Positions 11,425 to 25,700 of a DNA stretch of 64,000 nt are shown here, piece after piece. The stretch's first letter is position 1. The number at the start of each line of letters is the position of its first letter. Origin of the DNA: Octopus vulgaris (Eukaryota). Made by a program: the position numbers and the translations under genes. Below the pieces are notes generated by a model. That model was not told where the DNA came from, did not search any database, and saw only the letters and a program-made list of their open reading frames with translations. The stretch is taken from positions 79,236,001 through 79,300,000 of the forward strand of contig OX597816.1 of NCBI GenBank assembly GCA_951406725.2, read 5' to 3'.

Positions 11425-13401
11425 TACAGCAACTGCAGGAGAAATACCTAGCCAAAGATAAACCCTTATACTGGGCTTTTGTGGACTTGGAGAAAGCCTT
11501 TGATAGGGACCCCTGATTCATTATCTGGTGGGCAATGCAGCACTAGGGATTGACAAATGGTTAATAAGGGAAGTACAGGCCCTTTACAGAGATGCCTTTA
11601 GTAAGGTTAGAGTTGGCAATGAGTATAGTGAAGAATTCCAGGTAGAAGTAGGGGTCCACCAAGGATCAGCCCTCACCCCACTCTGATTCATCATAGTCCT
11701 TATTCATCATAGGCAATAACAGGAATTCAAGGCAGGTTGCCCCTGGAAGTGCCTCTATGCTGATGACCTGGCTCTCATATTTATTTATTGCCCACAAGGG
11801 GCTAAACATAGAGAGGTCAAACAAGGACAGACAAAGGGATTAAGTCGATTACATCAACCCCAACTGGTACTTAATTTATCGACCCTGAAAGGATGAAAGG
11901 CAAAGTCGACCTCGGCAGAATTTGAACTCAGAACGTAACGTCAGGCGAAATACCGGTAAGCATTTCGCCCGACGTGCTAACGTTTCTGCCAGCTCGCCGC
12001 TGGCTCTCATAGCAGAATCACTACCAGAACTAGAGAAGAAATTTCAGGTGTGGAAGCAAGGTTTAGAATCAAAGAGCCTTAAAGTCAATGTCACAAAAAC
12101 CAAAGTCCTAGTAAGTAGGAAAGCGAACACATCACAAACTGCTTCAGGTAGATAGTCTCGCTCGATCTGTAGAAAAGGTGTAGGTAGAAACTCCATAAGA
12201 TGTACCCATAAGAGGTGTAGCAACATAAAAGGAAGGTTAACCGGGAAGATAGCTTTCGTGTGCGGCAGATGCGCAGGGGCAATAAACACCACAGATGCTC
12301 AGAAAATAGATTCCATCACATGCCAGGGGAAGAAACTAGAAGTAGTCCATAGCTTCTGATACCTAGGTGTCAAGTCTGTAGTGGGGGTGGATGCTCAGAG
12401 AGCGTTACCACTAGAATAAGAATAGCCTGGGCAAAGTTCAGAAAGTTCCTACCTCTACTGGTGACAAAGGGCCTCTCGCTCAGAGTGAAAGGCAGATTGT
12501 ACGATGCATGTGTGCGAACTGCCATGCTTCACAGCAATGAAACATGAGCCATGTCTGCTGAAGACAGGCGTAGGCTTGAAAGAAATGAAGCTAGTATGAT
12601 CCACTGGATGTGTAATGTCAATGTGCACACACGACAGAGTGTAAACACCCTGAGAGAAATGTTGGACATAAGAAGCATCAGATGTGGCATGCAAGAGAGA
12701 TGATTATGCTAGTATGGTCATGTACTAAGAAGTGTCACTCCCAAACAGTGAAATGGACCCGTGGTAGACGGAGACCCAGGAAGATATGGGATGAGGTAGT
12801 GAAGCATGACCTTCGAACATTGGGCCACACAGAGGCAATGACGAAAGACCGAGACCTCAGGCTGTAACTGAGAAGACCCGGCAAGTAAAGTGATATCACA
12901 GCTGTAGCCTACACCAGTGTTGCATAACCAGCCCACTTGAAAAATAAGAAGTAGTTTTGGATGGTCGGGCGACATGCCATGCTTGAGGAGACCTATTGAG
13001 TCAAGTACTCATAACCAAAATCAAATCAAATGGAAATTGTAGTTGTGGCTGATGCTAATGCCGCCTAACTGGCTCTCATGCTGGTGGCACGCAATAAGCA
13101 CCATTCATGCGTTAGTCGTTGCCAGTGCTGCCTGACTGGCTCCCCGTGCTGGTGGCACATAAAAAGCCCCATCCAAACGTGGTCGATGCCAGCCCCCTCA
13201 CCCCGTCTGGCTCCTGTGCCAGTGGCAAGTAAGAAACTCCCACTACACTCTTGGAGTGGTTGGCGTTAGGAAGGATATCCAGCTGTAGAAATGTTGCCAG
13301 ATCAGATTGGATCCTGGTGCAGCCTCCTGCTTGCCAAACCCCAGTCAAACCGTCCAACCCATACCAGCCTGGAAAACGGATGTTAAACGATGATGATGAT
13401 G

Positions 13402-13402
<1 letters not shown>
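11425..13402 (+). mobile_element. 5'-truncated, decayed RTE-clade LINE (same family as 22541-26523) with 3'UTR and (GAT)n tail
   Basis: [35 protein letters not shown]; colinear with 24586-26523. Confidence 0.9.
11780..11999 (-). mobile_element. tRNA-derived SINE (Nin/Deu-like central domain) inserted in the RTE copy
   Basis: 12-bp TSD CTGGCTCTCATA at 11768-11779 and 12000-12011; A/B-box-like head; TTTGCCTTTCATCCTTTC..GTCGATAAA core. Confidence 0.88.
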
Positions 13403-14290
<888 letters not shown>

Positions 14291-14399
14291 TTATAATACA
14301 AATTTTGATTAGTATATATAGATTTGTTATGATCACTAATTTTAGCTTATGATATAAGGGTATGGGTAATAATTTATAATATGTAGTGGGGTATGTATT

Positions 14400-15629
14400 T
14401 ATTAATCTTATAAGATTTTTAGAATATATTTAATAATAAGTGGTTTTTAATCATTTAATTTATTTTGTATTAAGTTTCATTTATCATAGTTATTTTATTG
14501 ATAAATATTATAGTATAGAGAGATTTTATTCTTTATTTGTGAATTCATTCTTTTTACAATGACATATAATTTTCCATTCATAATCTTTAAATAACGTAGG
14601 TTCCGCACGCGCAAAGAATTCCTCAACAATTTATTCTATTTTTTTGCTAATAACGTAATTCTATGAGTATTCTTTTAAACGCTGTATAAGACGTTTTTGA
14701 TACAAAATTAGTTCATTGTTTAAAACTCGCCAAGAAAAGTATGTATCTTTTAAGATCTTCAAATTGTTAATTTTTAATATTGTATAAGCCTTAGGAGTAA
14801 TAATATTCTCCTTATGTAAATATTGTTGTTTATGTAATGATCTAATTATCGTAATTTTCTATGTTATTAGATATTAAATAAATTAGATAAACTTTGATAA
14901 AATTAGATATGTTTCGACTAAAGATGGTCTAGGCCATGTCTAATTTAATAGAATAATTTATATTAGATAATTATTCCCATTCATAATTATGTTTATAGTA
15001 CTTATAGTATTTATTTAATACTATATTACTAAGAATTGAATATTTCTATAAGTATTTTACATAAGATTTTGAAAGTCAGTTTAAGTTAGTTTATTTGTAT
15101 TTTGAAATTAGCTATTTCATCTTTAAATATGAAATATTAAATATATTAGGTTTTCATTATATACAATTGTTTATAGAGATTATTATAGATCTTGATTATA
15201 ATATTTATATATATTTTCATTGATAATTTATATATATTAGTCATTTTACATATCTATGTAATTAGATATAGACTAATATTGATATAAGAATATGGGTTTT
15301 CTACCTATAAATTAAAGTTAATATTTAACATTATAGTCGATTTCGACATAATCATATTTAATAATAGAGTTTATTATAAGTAAATTATTATTTTAGATTA
15401 TATATATTATTTATATCTTAAAAATATTGATTATATTTTAGATTTTGAAACCACCTGATGAATGACTGCGACTCATAAATTTGATGACAGTAGCCAGGAA
15501 ACGATTGTAGTGGATATTAATTATATTTTTTAATAATTGTTACATATTTAAATAATATAAATTAATTTATGTATTGAATTAAGTCTTTCATTGTTTGATT
15601 TGCCTAATAGTGGTTTTGTCTCTAATTTA

Positions 15630-15632
<3 letters not shown>
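14400..15632 (+). mobile_element. Very AT-rich, degenerate Penelope-like element end (pseudo-LTR) carrying a hammerhead motif
   Basis: Hammerhead at 15451-15513; terminal TGTTTGATTTGCCTAATAGTGGTTTT recurs at about 26670-26700; no recognisable ORF. Confidence 0.45.
15451..15513 (+). ncRNA. Type I hammerhead ribozyme motif
   Basis: CCAC-CTGATGA-[stem II]-GAAAC-gatt-GTA-GTGG: canonical core, stem I CCAC/GTGG, GUA cleavage triplet; stem II imperfect. Confidence 0.65.
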
Positions 15633-15669
<37 letters not shown>

Positions 15670-15681
15670 CATACATAGATA

Positions 15682-15713
<32 letters not shown>

Positions 15714-15883
15714 CATACATACATACATATACATACATACATACACATACATAATTACATATACATACATACATACATACATACATATACATACATACAT
15801 ACACATACATAATTACATATACATACATACATACATATATCTACATACATGCATGCATACATATACATACATACATACATACA

Positions 15884-15915
<32 letters not shown>

Positions 15916-15945
15916 CATACATATATAAATATATATTTATATATA
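15633..15945. repeat. (TA)n/(TACA)n microsatellite
   Basis: Direct reading. Confidence 0.95.
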
Positions 15946-17035
15946 AAGGGAAAGTTAACGAAAATAAACAAAAGACGAAGGCAGGTGGAGTACAAACAAA
16001 CAAATGTATTAGTATAGCGCTCAGGAATAGAAAAAGTCTTTTACGTTTCGAGCTTACGCTCTTCGACAGAAAGATACACAGAAAAATACAAGGAGAGAAA
16101 CAAGGAGAAAAATAAATGCGTGTAGTAGCTAACGATCTATCATGGCATCCTGACTTCGGACAATGGTCAGACGCGAGAGGGACAGTAGGGGAGATAACAG
16201 AGTCAAGTGACTTCCAATACGAAGGTGCCCCCAACACAAAGGTGCGTGTGTGTATAAGAGAGTATGTAGGTGCGTGTGAAAGGGGGCTGGTGGTCTGGAC
16301 GTGTGTGTGTATGTATGTGTGTGGAGATGGGGGGATGGGTGTGTGGGTGGTGTGTTGTGATGTGATATGTGTATGTATGTGTAGGTGTAAAGATGTGGGG
16401 ATGGGTGTGTGGATGGTGTGCTGTGGTGTGTGGGTGGTGTGTTGTGATGTGATGTGTAATGTTGTATGGTGGAGTGTAGTGTGGTATGATGTTGTGGAGA
16501 GGTGGGGGAGGCGAGAGTGGGGAAAGCACAGGTGGAGAGAGGGGGAGAGAGGAGAGGAGGGAGGAGAGATGAGAGGGGGAAGAGAGAGGAGGAGGGAGGG
16601 AAGAGAGGGGAGGAGGAGGGGAGGAGGGAGAGGAGGGGAGGAGGGAGTGAGAGGGAGAGGGAAGAGAAGGCAGTGAGGGAGCAGAGAGAAAGAGAGAAGT
16701 GAGTAGGGGAGAAGAGGGAAAGAGAGTAGAGGGGAAGAGGGAAGAAGGGGGAAGAAGGGAAAGAAGGGAAGAAGAAGGAAGAAGGGAAAGAGGGTAGGGG
16801 GAAAGAGAGAAAGAGAGTAGGGGTGAAAAGATGTAGGAGTGAAGAGAAGTAGGAGTCGGGGAGGAGGTTAGATGAAAAGGGGGTGAGAACTGAGCCCAAA
16901 TGACGTAAAAGAGCGAAGTGAGAAGATTAATCCCTGTTCGTGGAGCAAGCGGGAATCTGTGCAAGGACAATCCGAACACAGACAGGTGTTGCAAGGAGTG
17001 ACCAGGTGGTGCTATTAAGTTAGACATGGCCTGGG
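15946..17035 (-). mobile_element. Penelope-like element 3' fragment (GIY-YIG C-terminus, pyrimidine-rich UTR, pseudo-LTR with a minimal hammerhead-like motif)
   Basis: Minus strand 16900-17020 gives GHSLQHLSVFGLSL...HEQGLIFSLRSF across frames; motif at 16037-16074. Confidence 0.6.
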
Positions 17036-17413
17036 CCAATACTGGCCAAAACCTTTCTAAGTTATTCTAAGTTATATATACCTACATATATATAAATACA
17101 TATATATATATATATATATGCATATATATATATATATATATATAAAAACATGAGGCGAAGGATTCAGCGGTACATATGTTTTGGGCCTTTATTAGACAGA
17201 TTTATAACAAAGCATAATGTATGTCTGTGGCCTTCTTCAGCCGCGCACAACAGCTTCCACAAGGACATGTGTTACATCAAAAATTCTTGGTTGGGGATGC
17301 AAATCCTCTCGTTCACGTACGACATAATGCGGCAGCAGCATAGAATTGAAGCATCCATCTCTTTCTTCTCTCAATATACACAGGTGCTTATAATTATCAA
17401 GTACTCACCCCGA

Positions 17414-17478
<65 letters not shown>

Positions 17479-17495
17479 CATACATATATATATAT

Positions 17496-17547
<52 letters not shown>

Positions 17548-17550
<3 letters not shown>

Positions 17551-18050
17551 ATATATCTCGACTTTGCAAAGGCCTTTGATAAAGTCGATCATGGAATGAT
17601 ATGTCACAAACTGCGTGATCTTGGCATAGTTGGAAAATTGGGAGAATGGCTTCATGACTTTCTGAAGGATAGAAGTCAGGTGGTACTGCATAGTGCCAAG
17701 GACTCCAAATTTACCATAAAGATGTAGGACAAGATACTGTGATAGCCTGGGCTTCCGAGGCCCACATCTCTTCAATATCCTCCCGAAGAACCTAAGAGAC
17801 CTGTATGGGGTGGATGCAGATGTCTTTAAAATAAAACTGGATCTCTTCTTGTCAGGTGTCCCAGATGAACCAACTTCACAGCAGGAGGTGCAGATGAGGG
17901 CAGCTGCATCGAACTCTCTCATGCACCAAATGGCAGTTGCTAAAAAGCATTCGTGAAGTAAAATCATGTGGCAACACCAAATGGCGGTGCCCCAGCATGG
18001 CCACAAGCTTGTGAGCTGAAACTAGATAAAAATAAAAAAATAAAATAAAA
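17548..18050 (+). mobile_element. CR1/Jockey-group LINE fragment with an internal deletion and intact 3' end
   Basis: [21 protein letters not shown]...WLHDFLKDRSQ joined to the C-terminal region; tail GGCGGTGCCCCAGCATGGCCAC...GAGCTGAAACTAG then A-rich. Confidence 0.8.
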
Positions 18051-18058
18051 TGAATAAT

Positions 18059-18123
<65 letters not shown>

Positions 18124-18236
18124 CACATATATATACATGTATATATATATATATATACATACATACATACACATATATATACATATATATATATACATAC
18201 ATACATACATATATATATATACATATATATATATAC

Positions 18237-18273
<37 letters not shown>

Positions 18274-18923
18274 CACTCATATCGGTCATCTATTCATAAT
18301 TCAAAAAAAAGCATTTTAAAAATATTTTCAGTAGTATCATTTCATAATATAATGTTGGTGTTGCTCAGAGACTTAACTACTGTTTTCGTACCTATAACTC
18401 TTATAGCCACATAAGTGACTTGTCAGGCTTGTTGTTCGGAGGCATATTAAATCTCTCCTTGGAGGTAGAAATACAGTACTTGTCCAACCAGGTTTGTGAA
18501 AACGAGAACCCTGAAACAAAATTCTGCAAAGCGCGAACCACTGGGCAGGATAGAGTTTTTTCCCTTTGACCCATTGTATCCAAGACTGGAACCGATCCAA
18601 GGGAGAGAACTCTATCTTACTCAGAAGGTTATGTCGCTTAGTGGAATTTCGTTTCTGGGTTTTGTAAATTTGGGAAAAGTGAGTGGGTTCTTAGGTGATA
18701 CTTCTCTGCATCCAGAAAAAGGGATTTCGCGGGTACTTGATAAAACGCAAAGGGATCTTCTACATGTCAGTGAAAGAGGTATATACTAGCCAACGAATTA
18801 GTTAGCCTCAATCCCACAAAAAGTTTTCAAGAGACAAACATCTGCAAGTAGTAAGATTAGAGAGGAGGGAATATACCATTTTTAGTCACCAGGCTTTAGT
18901 GATAAGAATAGACGACAGCTTAG

Positions 18924-18924
<1 letters not shown>

Positions 18925-18962
<38 letters not shown>

Positions 18963-18963
18963 C

Positions 18964-19036
<73 letters not shown>

Positions 19037-19058
19037 TGCGTGTGTGTGTGTGTTTGTC

Positions 19059-19132
<74 letters not shown>

Positions 19133-19143
19133 ATCATCATCAT
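18925..19143. repeat. (GT)n plus (CAT)n microsatellite
   Basis: Direct reading. Confidence 0.97.
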
Positions 19144-20160
19144 TTAATGTTCACTTTCCATGCTGGCATGGGCTAGACTGTGCACTAGGAAACCAGTAAA
19201 CTGCAGGGCTGCGTTTGGGTCTGATGTCATATTTGGTATGGTTTCTATGGTTGAATGTCCCTCCTGATGCCAGCCACTTCACAGAGTGCATTAAGTATCT
19301 TTTATGTGCCACTGACACAAATTAAGTTGCCATGAAACCTGCAAGACGTAAAAGAATAGAGGGACAGGAAAGAGAAAAAGCTCCTGCTACTAAGAGGAAG
19401 TATGTGGAAGGGGAAGTTGGAGATGAGTGGCTTTATACCAGGTGTTGTAAGGCTGAAATATGATAGAAGGATAAGCATAGGTTTCTTATTATATAGGAGA
19501 TGCATAGCTGAAGGAGATAAGAGGAAATTAGAGATGGGGTGCCTGAGCAAACTGCCATGGAGCAGGAAGGCAAGCATAAGAAAATATACAGACAATAGAT
19601 CATAGGATGAGATGTGAGAGTGTGTAGATGCTTTCATAGACTTGTGAGGGGAAGTAAACAGGTGGATATAGAGATTTAGGTCTAGTGTAGCATGGGATGA
19701 GCATGGGTGGGTGTGTTGTGCAGATGATGGGAAATACCAGTATGGAAAGGGGTTACTTGGGAGATATAGGACTGCCTCCAGAACGAGAACAGAAAAGAAA
19801 GTATGTGCAAGGTGTAGGAGCAGTAGAGCGGGAGACATAGGACTACATATGGGGCTATAGTATGCGAATGGGTGATGAAAATAAATATAGGAGAGCACTG
19901 AGAATGATGGTAGATAAGAGAGATGTTTAGAATGGATTATAGCAGAGGCAGAGCGAGAGCAGTGGCTGAAGGCACAGAAAGAGGGAAAAAGTGATTGGTT
20001 GAAATGGGGTTGGATATGGATAATAAGGACTACAGGAGACTATAGGAGACCATCAGTGAGGGGAATGATTGTGCTCTCAGGTGAGTATAGCAGCCAAGTA
20101 GTACCACAGAAGAGGGAGGGATAGGATCTTGCATGTACATACAAGTATAACAAAGTGATT
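19144..20160 (-). mobile_element. RTE-type 3' tail followed by a highly decayed LINE fragment
   Basis: 19144-19320 resembles the reverse complement of the RTE 3' end; the remainder is weakly coding-like. Confidence 0.4.
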
Positions 20161-20194
20161 TTAGAGGGCTACAAAGACCCAGAAACAAAAATCA

Positions 20195-20530
20195 ATAGGT
20201 GTTTGTGTTTGTGTTCGTGTTTGTCCCTCAGTTGACAACTGGTGATGATGCATTTACGTGCCCTGTAACTTAGTGATTTGGCACTAAGTACCAGTCTAAA
20301 AAAACAAAATAAGTACAGAGGTTGATTTGTTTGGCTATAAAACCCCTAAATGGCTGCAGCCCAATTACTGAAACAAGTAAAAGATGTGGTTAACATGTTT
20401 TCTTCCCAATCACATGGCTTCAGGTTCAGTACCATTGCATGGTACCTGTAGACAAGTGTCTTTTGCTACAGCTCTGGGCCAACCTAAGCCTTATGAGCAG
20501 ATTTGGCAGAGAGAAAGAGAAAGAAGTCCA
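20195..20530 (+). mobile_element. Decayed tRNA-derived SINE pieces
   Basis: Similar to the SINEs at 31705 and 41012. Confidence 0.65.
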
Positions 20531-20549
20531 TTATATATATATATATATA

Positions 20550-21839
20550 CGAGGGGCGTTCAATAAGTAATGCCCCTGACCCACTTCCCATAGCAGTAGA
20601 GCAACGAAACTTGGCACAGTTATTAGTCTTTTTCTACATAGGAACCACCCAGAGTTATGCATTTCTCCCATCGTTTGATGCGGCTCTGGAGACCGTTTTT
20701 GTAGAAGAACCCAGCTTGGTCCTCCAACCTCAACGTGACTTCAGAAATCAAGGCTGCATCATCTGGGAAACGCTTTCCTTTCAAAAACAACTTCATGATT
20801 GGGAAGAGGTGAAAATCAGAGGGTGCAAGGTCAGGAAAGTAGGAGGGATGGGGAGGAGTTCATAGCCATACGCCTGTGCTTCTGATCTGGCGACACGCGA
20901 GTTGTGAAACGGAGCGTTGTCCTGCAGGAAGAGGATGCCTTTGCTGATCTTGCCCCGCCTCTTGATTTTGATAACTTCTCTTAATTTCCTCAAAAGTGAA
21001 GCATAATAGGCTCCTGCAATTGTGGTACCCTTTGCCAGGAAATCTGTCATCACTACTCCGTCCTGGTCCCAGAAGACTGTGAGCATGACCTTGCCAGCAG
21101 AGGGCTGCACCCTTGCCTTCTTTGGAGGGGGTGAGTCACGGTGCTTCCACTGCATTGACTGGGATTTGGTCTCTGGATCATCGTGATAGACCCAGGTTTC
21201 ATCCTGTGTAATCAGTCTTTTGAAAAATTTTGACTCATCTTCTTGGCACATCTCCAAATTCACCCTCGAGCACTCGACGCGTTCTAGCTTCTGGAAAGGC
21301 GTGAGCAACCTGGGAATCCATCTGGCAGACACCTTGTGCATATGCAAATGGTCATGAATGATAGTTTCCACAGACCCGGTACTAATCTTGACCTCATGGG
21401 CTATTTGGCGAATAATTATGCGTCGATCTTCGAAAATGGCAGCCTCAACTTGACGGACAGATGCCTCATCAATGGCAGAAGGGGGCGACCAGATCTGGGA
21501 GCTGTTTCCACAGAGTTCGACCATGTTTGAATTCACGATGCCAGCGTTTTACAAGGTCATATGATGGGGCATCATCACCATAATTTACTTTCATTTCATC
21601 AAAGGTCTCCCGTGGTGTGCGTCCTTTCAAATACAAAAACTGGATCACTGCTCGACACTCAACAGGCTCCATTTCACACTTGACTCGGTTCAAACACCTG
21701 TAAATCAGAAACCACAATTAATTCAGAGCTGTAATTTGCCACTTACTCTATAGAGATATAAATAATTGCACATGCAAAATTTCAGCTAGATCAAACAATT
21801 GCAAGTGGGTCAGAGGCATTACTTATTGAACGTCCCTCG
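20550..21839 (-). mobile_element. Full-length mariner (DD34D) transposon, 1290 bp, inserted in (TA)n
   Basis: TIRs CGAGGGGCGTTCAATAAGTAATGCCCCTGACCCACTT and its near-perfect reverse complement; TA on both flanks. Confidence 0.95.
20623..21672 (-). pseudogene. Mariner transposase with two frameshifts
   Basis: MEPVECRAVIQFL, ARWIPRLLT, ITQDETWV, LQDNAP, PDLAPSDFHLF. Confidence 0.92.
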
Positions 21840-21865
21840 TATATATATATATATATATATATATA

Positions 21866-22540
21866 TAGCTCAAATATGTTTTTCGTTTAATCTTGTCTAT
21901 AGCCACTTATCTTTCCCCTAAAAATCTCACTCAGATTTTTCAAACCTACTTTCTTGCTCACACGATTAACAGAACCTCTTCCTAGTTTACCTTTTTTGCC
22001 CCAAGTCGATATTAGTTTCAAATAATAATTATTATCGACACTGCCATCCCCTTTCAACTATGCTAGTCACAGTTCCTCCCACGTGTTCCTTGACCACCTC
22101 TCTCCCCCCTCTCTAACTTACCCTATCTTTCTCCCTGTTTCTCTATGTCCCCCTCTTTCCATAACCACCATCGCCATATATAACGAGCGATCGCATTATC
22201 GCTTCCAAATATCTAATGTAGGAATACGCACAGATCATGAATGGTTAAAGTTAAGAAATTCTTCTTTCAGCCTCGCTTTCTCTATCTATCTTTGCACGTA
22301 TCATCATTATTCTTTCATTATTCTTCGATTTCTCTCTCATTATATTGTTCTTTCAGTACTCTCTCGTTTATATTATTCTATCTTTCTTTCTTTCAGTATT
22401 TCTCTCATTACTCTGTCTAGCTCAAATATGTTTTTCGTTTAGTCTTGTCTATAGCCACTTATCTTTCCCCTAAAAATCTCACTCAGATTTTTCAAACCTA
22501 CTTTCTTGCTCACACGATTAACAGAACCTCTTCCTAGTTT
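21866..22540. repeat. 123-bp direct repeat pair (21866-21988 and 22418-22540) around a pyrimidine-rich spacer of about 430 bp
   Basis: Copies differ by one substitution that I can see. Confidence 0.9.
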
Positions 22541-22735
22541 CAACCACCCTCCCACCCCCTCCACACATGCCGGAAGTCCCTATTTTTTGCCATCCCGGGG
22601 TTGCTTCCCATGAAGACTGCAAATGCTCTTTCATCGTCCCTACCCCTAGTCTTGACCTATATAAGGTAATGTTCATACAGTGCAAAATATGAAAGGCTAA
22701 TGTTATGCAGGTTGAACTGAAGGCTACTGCATTAC

Positions 22736-25700
22736 TTGCACATGAATTCTGCCAAATGCGAGCTTTCTTTTCAGGTACATGAAGCTACTGTCCACCATTC
22801 CAGGGTCTCTAGGGCCCATGCCTCCCACATCCTCAGGGTTGGCACCCTCAACGTTGGCACACTGAAAGGTAGGTCTGGCGAGATAATCGAGATGCTTGAA
22901 CGGAGATGTGTGGATATATGTTGCATGCGAGAAGTAAGGTGGAGAGGAGGATCTGCTAGGTTCCTCACAGGCAAGGAACACAGGTACAAGATTTTCTTGG
23001 CTGGGAACACTGATGGGGTTGGTGGCATGGGTATACTTATCGCTGAGAAATGGGTAGATAAAGTAATTGAGGTAATCAGAGTATGTGACAGAATACTTAA
23101 GATTAGATTAGTACTTCATCATAGTTTAGCAACCATTATATCGGCCTGTGCTCCTCAGTCGGGGCTACCCGATGGACAGAAAGACCGATTCTATGACACT
23201 CTACTGCAGACTACCTCGTTGACGAACGACAGAGACCTTCTCTTTGTGGCTGGTGACTTCAATGGTCACGTTGGACGACATGCTGGGGGTTTCCAGGGCG
23301 TACATGGAGGCTATGGCTATGGTTCCCGCAACGAGGAGGGGACCAGGCTGCTGGAGTTCTGCGATGCAAATAACCTTATGATTTGCAACACTAACTTCAG
23401 GGAACCTACCAGCCACCTAGTCACCTACAAATCGGGCCAACATACCAGCCAAATTGACTACATCCTTGCCAGGCAAAAGGAGAGATGGCTGCTTATAAAT
23501 GCCAAAACCTTCCCAGGCGAGGAATGTACCCCATAACATAGACTGGTAGTTAGTGACTTTAGGATCAGGACTTGGAGGACAACCAGAAGACGACCAACAT
23601 GGAGAAGAAGGATCTGGAAGCTTAAAGATCCTGCGAATGGACAGAGATTTAGAGGCATGCTACTTGAAGCCTTTGACGAAGTAGAAGGGGATAGAGTATC
23701 ACATGGGGTAGAAGGCAACTGGACGTTTCTAAGGGACAACCTGCTGAGAGCAACTGACCAGATCTGTGGCTGGTGCAAAGTCCTCTCTCATCCCAAGGTA
23801 ACGTGGTGGTAGAACAGTGTTGTAGACAAGGCTATTAGAGAAAAGAGACAGACTTGGAAGGACTGGAAGAATGGTGGTAGCAGGGAATTTTATCAGACTG
23901 CCAAAAGGGAAGCTAGGAGACAGGTCTACCTAGCCAGAGGGAAAGCAGATAAGAAAAAATTTGCCAATGTTCTGCGCCATGAGGACCAAAGACTGGAGGT
24001 GTTTCACGTTGCAAGACAGTGTGTGAGGGAGAATTGTGATGTGGTAGGAGAGAAGTGTGTTCGCATGGAAGATGGTTCACTTGCGCTAAATGAGGATGCA
24101 AAGAGAGAGGTTTGGAGACGCCACTATGAAAGGTTGCTGAATAAAGAAAATGAATGGGATAGAGAGAGTCTGCCGAATGTTGACCCAACAGAGGGACCAG
24201 CTATCCGAGTTGGCAGTTCCTTGGTAGTTAAGGCAATTAGAAGCATGAAGACAGGGAAAGCCCCAGGCCCATCAGGAATCACTGCAGAGATGCTCAAAAT
24301 ATCTGGTAGTGTCGGCTATAGCCTAGTCACCCATATAGTTAATCAGGTGATACACGAAGGAGTCATACCCAATGACTGGTGTAGCAGCATAATAGTCAAC
24401 TTCTACAAAGGTAAAGGTGACGCCCTAGATACAAATAATTACAGAGGTATCAAGCTGTTGGATCAGGTGATGAAGGTTACAGAGAGGGTCATAGCCCAAC
24501 TAATTAGAGAGAGAGTTAGTTTAGATGAGATGCAATTTGGGTTCATGCCAGGGAAAAGTACCACTGATGCTATATTCCTGGTAAGGCAGCTGCAGGAGAA
24601 ATACCTAGCCAAAGATAAGCCCCTGTACCTGGCTTTTGTTGACATGGAGAAAACCTTCGACAGGGTCCCCCGATCCCTTATCTGGTGGTCAATGAGGAAA
24701 CTAGGGATAGATGAATGGTTAGTGAGAGCTGTGCGAGCCATGTACAGGGATGCTGTTAGTAAGGTGAGGGTTGGCAACGAGTACAGTGAAGAATTCCGGG
24801 TAGAGGTAGGGGTCCACCAAGGCTGAGTCCTCAGCCCCCTCCTATTTATCATAGTCCTCCAGGTAATAACGGAGGAATTCAAGACAGGATGCCCTTGGGA
24901 GCTCCTCTATGCTGATGACCTTGCTCTATTTGCTGAGTCGCTATCAGAACTGGAGGAGAAGTTTCAGGTGTGGAAGCAAGGATTAGAATCGAAGGGCCTC
25001 AGAGTCAATCTAGCTAAAACCAAAGTCGTAATAAGTAGGAAGGTAGACAAATCACAAACGCCTTCAGGTAGATGGCCCTGCTCGATCTGTAGAAAAGGTG
25101 TAGGTAGAAACTCTATAAGATGCACCAAGTGTAAGCTATGGGCACATAAGAGGTGCAGCAATGTCAAAGGAAGGCTAACTAGGAAGATGGTTTTTGTATG
25201 TGGCAGATGCTCAGGAACAATAAACACTGAAAATGCTCCGAGACCAACTTCTTTCACTTTCCAGGGAGAAAAACTAGAAATAGTTGATAGCTTCCGTTAT
25301 CTAGGTGACCAAGTCAGCAGTGGGGGCGGGTGTGCTGAAAGTGTAACTGCTAGAGTAAGAATAGCTTGGGCAAAGTTCAGAGAGCTCTTACCTCTGCTGG
25401 TGACAAAAGGCCTCTCACTCAGAGTAAAAGGCAGACTGTATGATGCGTGTGTACGAACAGCCATGCTACATGGCAGTGAAACATGGGCCATGACTGCTGA
25501 GGATATGCGTAAGCTTGCAAGAAATGAAGCCAGTATGATCCGATGGATGTGTAATGTCAGTATTCATACTCGGCAGAGTGTAAGTACCTTGAGAGAAAAG
25601 CTGGACCTAAGAAGCATCAGATGTGGTGTGCAAGAGAGACGTTTGCACTGGTATGGGCATGTGGCAAGAATGGATGAAGATAGTTGTGTGAAAAAGTGCC

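Noticed and set aside
11395-11425. Minus-strand CTGATGA as a hammerhead
   Set aside because: No matching GAAA box or stems found downstream
16116-16899. Long overlapping G/R/E-rich and P/S/L-rich ORFs
   Set aside because: Low-complexity purine-rich UTR of the Penelope-like fragment
17150-17420. Short, more GC-balanced island between TA tracts as an exon
   Set aside because: No recognisable peptide or convincing splice sites; left unclassified
18350-18880. Possible Penelope-like remnant (minus-strand LPWIG)
   Set aside because: A single weak motif is not enough to annotate
20793-21536. SETMAR-like host gene
   Set aside because: No SET domain; enclosed by TIRs and frameshifted, so a plain mariner
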